NCBI GenBank assembly: GCA_964412815.1
Contig: CAYPQF010000038.1
Span: forward strand, 11,284-75,283
Direction: 5' to 3'
From: an uncultured Gammaproteobacteria bacterium
GTDB lineage: Bacteria; Patescibacteriota; Microgenomatia; UBA1406; GWC2-37-13
Length of the DNA stretch: 64,000 bases
Position 1 is the first letter of the stretch. The number at the start of each line of letters is the position of its first letter. The notes beneath the pieces were generated by a model. The model ran no database searches and was not told where the DNA came from. It saw only the letters and a program-made list of their open reading frames with translations. The translations under genes were made by a program, and so were the position numbers. Below are positions 27,912 through 36,666 of this stretch, in pieces.

Positions 27912-28931
27912 TTAGCTGACAATGGTATCTAAGGTATTCTGTTCTATCGCGATTTTGATCTCCCGGGCAATACGACGGCCGGTACTCATCGGTTCGTTAA
28001 AGTACAGCCAGGAATACGGCGAGCCTTCGGTGTACAGATTGGTTCCGGCGACAATCCGGCACGAAACTTCGATGGTATAAAACTTTTGTTGGTCCGTGAC
28101 GATTGTTTCCATACAAAACGGTCCGAACATACCGCGGGGGTCAATGAGCTTTTTTGCGGTATTCACCATCCGCATACCCATCTCTTGGGCTTCGGGAAGC
28201 ATCGATTCACGCAACACCAGCGGACTGTTGCCGATCACCACATAGCTCGGCTCGATCATAATCCGCTCCTGATCATGCGGAGGGATACGTCCCAGGGAAT
28301 CGACATTGGTTTCGTACCGGCGGTCGACCGAGAGTATCTCTATCCGGTCCATTACGTGCGAGTAAAAATAATGGACATAGACTGGTACACCAACAATATA
28401 CTCCTGAATAACATAATCTTTGATATTAAAATCAAACTCTTTGACTTTCCGTTCGAAATCAACCCGGTTTTGGGCATAAAAATAACCGCGCCCTCCCGCT
28501 GCACCGTGCAGTTTCACGATTACGGGGCGATCAATTTCGTCGGCCGAGGCAAAATGCTTCGTGGTAAGAATGCCTGCGGCATCAAACCATTCCTGCTGTT
28601 TTTCGCGGTTGGACTCCCAGTCCAGTACCCCTTTGCTGCCGTAGTACAACACCTTCATCTGCTTATTTTTTTCTACTCCCAGATAGGCGACAAAACTGCC
28701 GTGCGGAATCAGAATGACATTTCGCTTGATCAGATCCGGCTCCAGCTTGTCGAACTGCTTGAAAGAAGGAACGCTAATAACATCATCGATAAACGGAAAC
28801 TGACGATAAAAGGCGACACGATCGGGAGTGGTGATGAGCAGTGTCTTGAACTGTTCGTCTTTGGCACCTTTGAGAATCTGTAACGAGGAGTGACTACCGA
28901 GGGTTGCAATGGTGTAGTCTGTTTTCTTCAT
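27912..28931 (-). CDS. purP: 5-formaminoimidazole-4-carboxamide ribonucleotide (FAICAR) synthetase, archaeal type
   Basis: Near full-length resemblance to archaeal PurP as I recall it: [80 protein letters not shown]...N.LD.IVS. Start moved to MKKTDY (28931). Confidence 0.85.
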   Translation of the reverse strand: MKKTDYTIATLGSHSSLQILKGAKDEQFKTLLITTPDRVAFYRQFPFIDDVISVPSFKQFDKLEPDLIKRNVILIPHGSFVAYLGVEKNKQMKVLYYGSKGVLDWESNREKQQEWFDAAGILTTKHFASADEIDRPVIVKLHGAAGGRGYFYAQNRVDFERKVKEFDFNIKDYVIQEYIVGVPVYVHYFYSHVMDRIEILSVDRRYETNVDSLGRIPPHDQERIMIEPSYVVIGNSPLVLRESMLPEAQEMGMRMVNTAKKLIDPRGMFGPFCMETIVTDQQKFYTIEVSCRIVAGTNLYTEGSPYSWLYFNEPMSTGRRIAREIKIAIEQNTLDTIVS

Positions 28932-29021
28932 CACGGTAATTATAGGTAGCCTTACGGGAAAAGGCAAATTGTAATTTCTGTCGGTGCGCGTTCCCCCGCT
29001 CTGATCCGCGCCCGTTGTGTG

Positions 29022-29870
29022 TTAGCCAAAATACGCCACGGCATTCTGAAACAAGGTAAATCCGGCGGCATACTCCGGGTTCGGTGTTCCCGACCGGACA
29101 TGGTGTTCTTTGAGGATCTGCCAGTGTGGCTGCTGGGTAAAAAACATACCCCGTTCGGGGTGCGGCATCAAACCCAGTACCCGTCCGGACGGATCGGTTA
29201 TACCCGCAACATCATCCAGCGCACCATTGGGATTGGCCGGGTAGTCCTGATACTGACAGACCGTTCCGCAGGTATACCGCAGCGCAATCTGATTGTTTTT
29301 TTTGAGTCGGACCAGCACCTCCGGTTCTACATAGAACTTTCCTTCCCCGTGCGCGATGGGGAGAGAGAACTCGGTTAATCCCGTGAGCCAGGGAGACTGA
29401 TTGGCAACAACCAGATCTACCCAGCGGTCCAGATAGAGTCCGCCACTGTTTTTCATGAGGGCGGCAGAACGCTCTCCATATGCGTTATCGCATGATGGTA
29501 CCAGCCCCAGATTTACCAGAATCTGAAAGCCGTTACAGATACCGATCGTCAGCGTATCTCGCTGCACAAACTGAGAGAGCTGCTCCCAGAGGGTGTTCCG
29601 GAGCTTATTGGCATATGCGTTCCCGGAGCCGGTATCGTCTCCATACGAAAACCCGCCGGGAATTGCAGCAATCTGAAACTGTTTCAGTTTTTCCGGCGCG
29701 GCAATCAGATCATTAATATGGATAATCGTGGGAGTGGCACCAGCCAGTTGGAATGCATGAGCGGTCTCTTCTTCGCAGTTTAGACCATAGCCGGCAAAGA
29801 TAAGCGCGGCAGGCTGCACACCAGATTGACGAACAGCGGATTGCGCTTGTGATTTGATTGTTTTTTTCAT
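29022..29870 (-). CDS. purQ: FGAM synthase, glutaminase subunit
   Basis: GICNGFQIL (Cys nucleophile), AHGEGKF and MPHPER. Start at MKKTIK (29870) forms an ATGA overlap with the purL stop. Confidence 0.85.
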   Translation of the reverse strand: MKKTIKSQAQSAVRQSGVQPAALIFAGYGLNCEEETAHAFQLAGATPTIIHINDLIAAPEKLKQFQIAAIPGGFSYGDDTGSGNAYANKLRNTLWEQLSQFVQRDTLTIGICNGFQILVNLGLVPSCDNAYGERSAALMKNSGGLYLDRWVDLVVANQSPWLTGLTEFSLPIAHGEGKFYVEPEVLVRLKKNNQIALRYTCGTVCQYQDYPANPNGALDDVAGITDPSGRVLGLMPHPERGMFFTQQPHWQILKEHHVRSGTPNPEYAAGFTLFQNAVAYFG

Positions 29871-32842
29871 AATGGTTGGGCAAATCGTGATCGATAGGTC
29901 TTGAGCAGATGTTCGACACTGGTATCGATAACGGGTAACTGCTGCTGATGACGGGTACCGAGTAGTGCCACCCGTGATGTTCGGCTGACCGTGCCAATAC
30001 ACGCAATTGATTGGTCTGCCATAATGGTCTCAAACTGCGCCTTATGCTGCGGCGCAACAGTAACAACAATGCGTCCCTGGCTTTCCGAAAATAACAGATG
30101 ATGGTAACTGGACCAGCTACCGGGGATGGCATCCAGCTCCAGCTGCAAGCCCTGTTTTCCTGCCATCGCCATCTTGGCAAACGCAATTGCCAGCCCGCCC
30201 CGGGTCACGCTGATGGCTGAGGCAATAATCTGTTGCTGGACTGCCAGATGGTAGCGGCGATATAACTCGCGGTTGATTTCGGCGTCTACGCACGGGACAG
30301 ATGCTCCTACAAAACCTTTCATGGCGTAATACTCGGATCCACCCAGTTCATCGTCTGTTGCTCCCAGCACATAGACCAGATCATCTGCGAACTTGGTATC
30401 AATCGAGATCGCCTGAGAAACATCGTCAATAATGCCAATACTGGAGATCAACAGTGTGGGTGGAACTGAGATCTTGACGGGATGGCCTTCGGCTGAGTAG
30501 CCGGTAAAGTCGTTAAACATACTGTCTTTTCCAGAGATATATGGGGCATTATATGCCACCGCATAGTCGTAACACGCTTCTACTGCCTGTTTAAGCTGAT
30601 ACAACCGTTCGGGTTCGTTGGCGCTGCACCAGCAGAAGTTATCCAGCAGAGCGATTTTATCCGGGTGGATTCCGGCAGCTACCAGATTCCGGATGGCGGT
30701 ATCGAGACTGCTTGCCGCCATATGGTAGGTATCGATATCGCTGTAGCGTGGGTACAGACCCTGGGACAGGCCGACTCCCTTTTGAGCTGTCAGAAGGGGG
30801 CGCGTAATGGTGACCTCGGCGTTCACCCGCCCCCGGCCCTGCAACGGCTTGAGCACCGATCCGGCCTGAACTTCGTGATCGTACTGCTGCGACACAAACT
30901 CCGTGCTGGACAACGAGTATCGTTGTAACAGGCGGAGCAGATCGTCGGTGTAGGATTCCTGCATCGGCAATCGAGGCTCCGGAGCTGTTGAGACGACAGT
31001 ATCGGTCTCCAACGGCCGTGATGGCAAACCATCGTGGAGAAATTCCATGCTCATGTCCAGAATAATGCGTTCGTGATGTTCCACAACACACCGTCCCGAA
31101 TCGGTAAAGGTACCAATAACCGTTGCCTCTACCCCCCGGGCGGCTAACAGACTATGGAGCTCTTCCCAATGCTCCGGTAGGACGGCAAGCGTCATCCGTT
31201 CCTGTGATTCGGAGATCCAGATCTGCCAGGGGGACAGCCCCGGGTACTTTAAGGGAATACGTTCCAGTTGTACCACGAAACCGCCGGATTCTTTGGCCAT
31301 CTCTGCAACAGAACAGGATAGTCCTCCGGCACCGTTATCGGTGATGCTGGTGTAGAGCCCGCGATCACGCGCCTCTTTGATGAGCGCATCGCTGAGTTTT
31401 TTCTGGGTAATGGGATCGCCAATCTGTACCGCCGTAGCCGGACTGCCTTCGTCCAGTCCTTCCGAAGAAAAAGTTGCCCCATGGATTCCGTCCAACCCTA
31501 CCCGTCCGCCGACCATCACAATGTAGTCGCCGGGGCGGGCCTGCTTCTGATGTGACAGGCGTTGATCCGGCGGCAGAGTACGCGGGATCAATCCAACGGT
31601 ACCCACAAAGACCAGCGGTTTACCCTGATAGCGATCATCAAAGAGCATAAAGCCCTGTGGTGTCGGGATACCCGAGCAGTTGCCTCCTTCGTTAACGCCG
31701 GCAATCACCCCGTCCATAATTCGTCGAGGCGAGAGCATCGGCATGGTCAGTCCGGCATCCCGGTAGAGCGGTCTTTCCAGGTCCGGAGTGGCAAAACAGA
31801 ATCCGTACCGGTTGATTACCGGCTTGGCCCCAAGCCCGAATCCCAAAGCATCTCGATTTACCCCTACAATGCCGGTGATGGCCCCGCCAAACGGATCCAG
31901 TGCCGATGGTGTATTGTGTGTCTCTACCTTGTCAGTTACCAGATACTCGTCATCAAAGCTTATAGCACCGGCATTATCGGTAAAAACCGAGACACAAAAC
32001 GGCTGTGTCTCTCCCTGTGCGGTGCGCGCCTGCATCACATCCCGGGTAGCCCGCTTGATGTAATGTCGGAACAGCCCATCTTCGATCTCGTCAATCGGAT
32101 CGGCAAAGATAGTGTGTTTACAGTGTTCCGACCAGGTCTGCGCGATAGACTCCAGTTCGATATCGGTGGGGTCCCGGCCCAGCTCTGTAAAGTAGGCCTG
32201 AATTGTTTTCATAGAGGCCAGGTCTAGTGCGAGTGGCCCACGTCGACTGCCATCCGGATTGGGAATCCCTTCTTTACCAATGCGCCTCAGTTCCTCGTCC
32301 GGAACCCGGAGCGATACATTGGTCACCTCTTGTTGTTCTGCGAGATGGACTTCCGGAACCGGCAGTACATGCGCCCCCTTCCGGTAGCCAGCTCCGTTTT
32401 GTAGACTGATACGTTGAATCAGCGGGTTGTAAAGGGTTGCTGCAAAGGTCTGAACGGTTGCTCTGGGAACGGGATCATGAATCAACAGTAGCCGCGATGA
32501 ATAGACTGTCTGTGTATCAGAGAGCGTCAGGTGCAGCCCGTCAATTAAGGTTTCCCGTGCGGTGGTTCCAATGTTATCCGTGACTCCGGGCAGATATCCG
32601 ATCTCCACCGCCCACTCAACCGGTTGCGTACCAACTGGCCTGTCATATAAGGCCTGCTGGACAATCGGATTGTGCAGCAACCGGACTGCTGCTTCTTTTT
32701 GGGAACTGGTTAGGGGAATGGTAAGGGTGTAGACATCAACCACCGAGACCGATGCACCGGTTAATTGAGTCTGAAACGCGGCACCGCGGGCATCGCCGGT
32801 GTGCGTTATCACTTCGATTCTGGTACTGTGTTGTTGCTTCAT
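29867..32842 (-). CDS. purL: FGAM synthase synthetase subunit fused to two N-terminal PurS-like repeats (PurS-PurS-PurL)
   Basis: 991 aa. The PurL landmark WSEHCKHTIF sits near residue 240 rather than the ~50 I recall for small PurL. Residues 1-150 contain two ~75-aa repeats ending LLHNPIVQQALY and LYNPLIQRISL, which are PurS-like. No separate purS is present in the operon. Confidence 0.85.
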   Translation of the reverse strand: MKQQHSTRIEVITHTGDARGAAFQTQLTGASVSVVDVYTLTIPLTSSQKEAAVRLLHNPIVQQALYDRPVGTQPVEWAVEIGYLPGVTDNIGTTARETLIDGLHLTLSDTQTVYSSRLLLIHDPVPRATVQTFAATLYNPLIQRISLQNGAGYRKGAHVLPVPEVHLAEQQEVTNVSLRVPDEELRRIGKEGIPNPDGSRRGPLALDLASMKTIQAYFTELGRDPTDIELESIAQTWSEHCKHTIFADPIDEIEDGLFRHYIKRATRDVMQARTAQGETQPFCVSVFTDNAGAISFDDEYLVTDKVETHNTPSALDPFGGAITGIVGVNRDALGFGLGAKPVINRYGFCFATPDLERPLYRDAGLTMPMLSPRRIMDGVIAGVNEGGNCSGIPTPQGFMLFDDRYQGKPLVFVGTVGLIPRTLPPDQRLSHQKQARPGDYIVMVGGRVGLDGIHGATFSSEGLDEGSPATAVQIGDPITQKKLSDALIKEARDRGLYTSITDNGAGGLSCSVAEMAKESGGFVVQLERIPLKYPGLSPWQIWISESQERMTLAVLPEHWEELHSLLAARGVEATVIGTFTDSGRCVVEHHERIILDMSMEFLHDGLPSRPLETDTVVSTAPEPRLPMQESYTDDLLRLLQRYSLSSTEFVSQQYDHEVQAGSVLKPLQGRGRVNAEVTITRPLLTAQKGVGLSQGLYPRYSDIDTYHMAASSLDTAIRNLVAAGIHPDKIALLDNFCWCSANEPERLYQLKQAVEACYDYAVAYNAPYISGKDSMFNDFTGYSAEGHPVKISVPPTLLISSIGIIDDVSQAISIDTKFADDLVYVLGATDDELGGSEYYAMKGFVGASVPCVDAEINRELYRRYHLAVQQQIIASAISVTRGGLAIAFAKMAMAGKQGLQLELDAIPGSWSSYHHLLFSESQGRIVVTVAPQHKAQFETIMADQSIACIGTVSRTSRVALLGTRHQQQLPVIDTSVEHLLKTYRSRFAQPL

Positions 32843-34125
32843 GAGAGTGCGTGATTTCCAATATCTGTCCGGAACTGCATCCCTTCAAAATGGATACCGG
32901 CAGGTCCAATGGCGGCATATACTTTTTGTAACGCATCAAAGAGAGTCTCATCCCAGGCGGTTACGGCAAGCACTCTTCCGCCGGAGCTCACCACCGAGCC
33001 CTGTTTAAATGCCGTACCCGCATGAAATACCTGTATATCCGGATCGACCGTTTCCCGGTCCAGACCGGCAATAGGGACACCCTTTGCGTACGGGCCGGGG
33101 TATCCTTCCGCTGCCAGGATCACACAGACGGCACTGCCCTGCTTGAACGAGACCATCTCCGGTGTCAAACGACCTTCAACACACGCCAGCAGTAGTTCAT
33201 ACAGATCAGATTCCAGTAACATCAGCAGTGGTTGCGTTTCCGGATCACCAAAACGGGCATTAAACTCAATGACCTGTGGTCCAGTAGCGGTCATCATCAG
33301 GCCGGCATAGAGCAAGCCTTTGTACGGGATACCCTGATCAGCCATCCCTTTGATCGCCGGCTGGAGAATACTTTCCTGAATACGTAAGATTTCTTCGGCA
33401 GAGGCAAAGGGAGTTGGCGCATAGACACCCATACCACCTGTATTCGGCCCCTGATCGTGGTCGTAGATACGTTTATGGTCCTGTGCCGGCAACAGCGGGA
33501 CGATCGTCTTTCCATCTGTCAGCGCCAGTAACGAAACTTCCTGTCCTGACAACTTCTCTTGTAACACAATCTGTTGCCCTGCCGCTCCGGCAACGTGTTC
33601 GATCATCAGCTGGTCGATGGCCGCCACGGTTTCTTCAACTGTTTCCGGGACAATCACTCCTTTGCCGGCCGCCAGACCACTGGCCTTGACCACAAATACA
33701 CTGCCGGACTGCTGAACAAACGCTTTTGCTGCAGCTGCGTCTGTAAAAGAGCGCGAAACCGGATGGGGAATAGCATACTGCTCCAGAAAGTCAGCGGTCC
33801 AGGCTTTGCTGGTCTCCAGCTGTGCAGCCGCCTTGGTGGGACCAAAGATTTTTAAGCCCTGTGCTTCAAACGCGTCGACGATACCGGCTGCAAGGGGCAC
33901 CTCCGGACCGACCACCGTCAAGCCAATCTGCTCTGCCTTGGCAAACGCGAGTAACTGCTCAATATTGTCTGCCGCTATCGCAACGTTGGTACCAACTTCG
34001 ACGGTCCCCGCGTTGCCCGGTGCGATATAGACCTGCTCGACTGAAGGAGACTGTTGGAACTTCCAGGCGAGTGCGTGTTCGCGTCCGCCGGAACCGATTA
34101 CTAGAACTGAATGGGTATTAGCCAT
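32839..34125 (-). CDS. purD: phosphoribosylamine-glycine ligase
   Basis: VLVIGSGGREHALAWK and an ATP-grasp core. Confidence 0.9.
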   Translation of the reverse strand: MANTHSVLVIGSGGREHALAWKFQQSPSVEQVYIAPGNAGTVEVGTNVAIAADNIEQLLAFAKAEQIGLTVVGPEVPLAAGIVDAFEAQGLKIFGPTKAAAQLETSKAWTADFLEQYAIPHPVSRSFTDAAAAKAFVQQSGSVFVVKASGLAAGKGVIVPETVEETVAAIDQLMIEHVAGAAGQQIVLQEKLSGQEVSLLALTDGKTIVPLLPAQDHKRIYDHDQGPNTGGMGVYAPTPFASAEEILRIQESILQPAIKGMADQGIPYKGLLYAGLMMTATGPQVIEFNARFGDPETQPLLMLLESDLYELLLACVEGRLTPEMVSFKQGSAVCVILAAEGYPGPYAKGVPIAGLDRETVDPDIQVFHAGTAFKQGSVVSSGGRVLAVTAWDETLFDALQKVYAAIGPAGIHFEGMQFRTDIGNHALS

Positions 34126-34912
34126 GAGGGTATAACTGAATTGCTAACTGTTTAACATTGTTGAGAATCGAATACTGCGCTGGTGGGATCAGCGGCGTAC
34201 TTCTGGTGAGCACTGGTACCTCTTTGCCCTTACCGAATGCTGTCAGTGTCTGTATCACGGTCTGATGTTCCACCGGCAACAAAGCCTTCTGCAGCTCTGC
34301 GACAGCAGAAACAACGGCTTCCCTGTTCACCTGGATTTCTGCGCTTACCCCAAGGTCTGCGCTCACCGGTTCTTGCACCGTCAACGCAGGCACTGGCACC
34401 TGTGTGCGGCAGAGCACTCCACCTTCGTCAAAACCTGTTGTCACCTGATGCGTGGTGGCTTCTGTCCAGTAGTCACTCCCGGTGTACCCGCAATACAAAA
34501 TTCGCGCTGCCAGTACCCGACGCCCATACATTCCGCTGCCCCCAAAGTCATGTCCGTGCTCCGGATCCAGTGGCCCGGGATGCTGGTTGATGATCCTACC
34601 GGAATACTGCTCGATCAGGTTGCCGGGCGTGAGCGGCAGCCACCCGTTCTGAGAGATCAGCGTGACCTGATATCGTCTACAGACTTCCAATAGCTTGTCT
34701 CCAAAGGCTGCCGCGTCGGCAGCATCCGTTTTGCGGACCACTTCTACCGGAATACCCCGTTCGCGCGCCTTCTCGATACCGGGTGCGGTGGTACGGCTAC
34801 TGATAACTACGACCGGCTCGATGCCCGGCAGGTTCCCCGCGCGACCGGCATCGACAATCGCAGCCATGGTACTGCCGCTTCCGGAAATGAGTATTGCCAG
34901 ATTATGTTTCAT
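34118..34912 (-). CDS. purN: GAR formyltransferase, divergent, with insertion and C-terminal extension
   Basis: ILISGSGS, INQHPG and THQVTTGFDEGG correspond to the PurN motifs. At 264 aa it is longer than the ~200 aa I recall as typical. Confidence 0.7.
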   Translation of the reverse strand: MKHNLAILISGSGSTMAAIVDAGRAGNLPGIEPVVVISSRTTAPGIEKARERGIPVEVVRKTDAADAAAFGDKLLEVCRRYQVTLISQNGWLPLTPGNLIEQYSGRIINQHPGPLDPEHGHDFGGSGMYGRRVLAARILYCGYTGSDYWTEATTHQVTTGFDEGGVLCRTQVPVPALTVQEPVSADLGVSAEIQVNREAVVSAVAELQKALLPVEHQTVIQTLTAFGKGKEVPVLTRSTPLIPPAQYSILNNVKQLAIQLYPHG

Positions 34913-36434
34913 ACGCGTATTCCATACCTGTCCGGGTGACCGGATACTTACCGGTTATACAGCCACCACACCCGCCGTTTGCCAGAAAAATATCGTCAGC
35001 ATCGGTGACCTTGGCAATCTGACCGTTTTTAATTCGTGCTTTTAATAATCCAATATTCGAGATGTAGTTGACACTGGTGGCACCGATCTCCGCGGCAATC
35101 CGTACTGGATCTCCCTGGTGCTTTGCCGCGATCAGCTCTTCGTGAGACCGGATACTGACTCCCAGATGGCACTTATGACGCACCTGCGGAAACCCGATTA
35201 CCCAGTGCACTTCTTTTGCTCCTAAACTATAGACTGCCCGGGTAATCTGTTCTGAGACATTACCTCGGACTATCGAGTCATCACACAACACCACCACCTT
35301 GTCCCGCCATAAAAACCGGTCCGGAATAATCGAGAGCTTTCCCAGCACCTTTGATCCGATTGCCGTTCTATCATCGTCCCGCATAAAGAGGCGTTGTGCA
35401 CCGTTGGAATCAAAGTGATCGCGAATAATCAACTGCTTGAGCGGGAGTCCCATGGCACCAGCATAGCCACAGCCGATAGCCAATCCTGAATCAGGCACCC
35501 CTACTACAAAATCAGCGTGCGAAATCGGGGACTCATCCGCGATAATCTCACCACACCGCTCTCTGAACGCATGAACCGATAAGAGGTTTTCTTCATTTGT
35601 TTCCGGAGTGCCATTGAGCTGTCGGGAAAATCGTGAATCCGGACGGGCAAAATAGCTCCACTCAAAATCGCAGAAGTGTCTTTTAGCATCAGGATTTGTC
35701 GTGATCACCGTCATCTCTCCCTTACGAAACCGGATCAGCTCACCACAGGATACCTCGCGGAGAAAGGTTGCGCCCGCTTTGTCCAGCGCGTAGGTCTCTG
35801 ACGCAATCATCTTGATATCATCAATTTCACCGATAAAGAGCGGTCTCATGCCATGATTGTCCCGACAAACGTACAAATCATCACATACCCCGATCATCAG
35901 ACTGTATGCTCCTTTCACAAATGAGAGGACCTTAAGAATCCGCTGATCCCAATCGCCTTCCATCTCGGCCAGCATTCGGGTAAAGATATAGGTGTCACTC
36001 GCACCGTCATCAAACTGAATCTCAGTTTGACGCTTGAGGCCTTCGACATCGACAAACTCTCCATTATGGACCACGGCAACATGTCTTCCGTCATTGGTGT
36101 TGGCGATGCAGGGCTGGATATTGGTGTCACTATAATCACCGTTGGTGCCATAGCGGCAGTGCACCATCGACCAGATCTGTGGCATATCCAGTTGGCGTAT
36201 AACCTGAGGAGTAAAGATTGTTTTAAGAAGGCCGTCCTGTTTGAAGCTTTTCATCCCGGACGGTGTTTGCAATACATAGCCGGCACCGTGCTGGCCGCGA
36301 TGTTGTACACCGCTGGCTGCCTGGATGGCAATTTCCGTTAACCGCTCGTATCGCGGTGTCGATATACCGACAATTCCGCATTTTTCTAGCAGCGGCTTGG
36401 TTATCTCAATGGTATAGTCAGGTTTCCCTGGCAT
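34902..36434 (-). CDS. purF: amidophosphoribosyltransferase
   Basis: Propeptide MPGKPDYTIEITKPLLEK followed by CGIVGI (Ntn catalytic Cys). PRTase motif VVVLCDDSIVRGN. The GTG at 36467 is rejected because it lies inside the leader terminator hairpin. Confidence 0.85.
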   Translation of the reverse strand: MPGKPDYTIEITKPLLEKCGIVGISTPRYERLTEIAIQAASGVQHRGQHGAGYVLQTPSGMKSFKQDGLLKTIFTPQVIRQLDMPQIWSMVHCRYGTNGDYSDTNIQPCIANTNDGRHVAVVHNGEFVDVEGLKRQTEIQFDDGASDTYIFTRMLAEMEGDWDQRILKVLSFVKGAYSLMIGVCDDLYVCRDNHGMRPLFIGEIDDIKMIASETYALDKAGATFLREVSCGELIRFRKGEMTVITTNPDAKRHFCDFEWSYFARPDSRFSRQLNGTPETNEENLLSVHAFRERCGEIIADESPISHADFVVGVPDSGLAIGCGYAGAMGLPLKQLIIRDHFDSNGAQRLFMRDDDRTAIGSKVLGKLSIIPDRFLWRDKVVVLCDDSIVRGNVSEQITRAVYSLGAKEVHWVIGFPQVRHKCHLGVSIRSHEELIAAKHQGDPVRIAAEIGATSVNYISNIGLLKARIKNGQIAKVTDADDIFLANGGCGGCITGKYPVTRTGMEYAYET

Positions 36435-36453
36435 TACATCATGGCGGTAAATT

Positions 36454-36478
36454 AAAAAAACCCGCACATAGGCGGGCT
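36454..36478 (-). terminator. intrinsic terminator inside the pur operon leader (attenuator candidate)
   Basis: Minus strand reads AGCCCGCC-UAUGU-GCGGGU followed by U7. It lies 19 nt upstream of the purF ATG and downstream of the promoter. Confidence 0.65.
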
Positions 36479-36494
36479 AACTAAGTAATGATGT

Positions 36495-36547
36495 ATTGTC
36501 GTAAATAAACGGCATCGATGCCGTTGACAATTGCTTCGGTGCAATTG
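36495..36547 (-). promoter_or_regulatory. two perfect palindromes in the pur leader (RNA hairpins or operators)
   Basis: CAATTGC-N6-GCAATTG (36528-36547) and AACGGCATCGATGCCGTT (36508-36525). The second is extended by ATTGTC/GACAAT (36495-36500 / 36526-36531), which competes with the first for nt 36528-36531. Confidence 0.6.
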
Positions 36548-36561
36548 AGATTCATGCCACC

Positions 36562-36591
36562 ACTATACCCAATCAAATATCACGATTGCAA
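36562..36591 (-). promoter_or_regulatory. pur operon promoter
   Basis: TTGCAA (36586-36591), 18-nt spacer, TATAGT (minus strand, 36562-36567). The predicted 5' UTR is ~120 nt. Confidence 0.55.
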
Positions 36592-36666
36592 GTGAAAATA
36601 TTAACAGCCAGTAAGAAAGACTTTTGCTATAGTCCATAAGAGAATTTGCGGTGTATAATATTCCGT

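Noticed and set aside
29713-32409. Several 60-220-aa ORFs within or antisense to purL/purQ (e.g. 29713-30186, 30657-31091, 31562-32227, 31788-32063)
   Set aside because: They lie entirely inside a strongly supported 991-aa purL or purQ frame. They have Arg/Ser/Pro-biased junk composition and no start context.
36435-36560. Assignment of the pur leader to a known riboswitch class (purine, ZTP/pfl, PRPP)
   Set aside because: I could not find the conserved cores by eye: no UAUA...CUACC-type purine junctions, and no GGCG...CCGCCUGGGC ZTP pseudoknot beyond a short CCGCCU inside the terminator. It is left as an unclassified attenuator candidate pending an Infernal scan.
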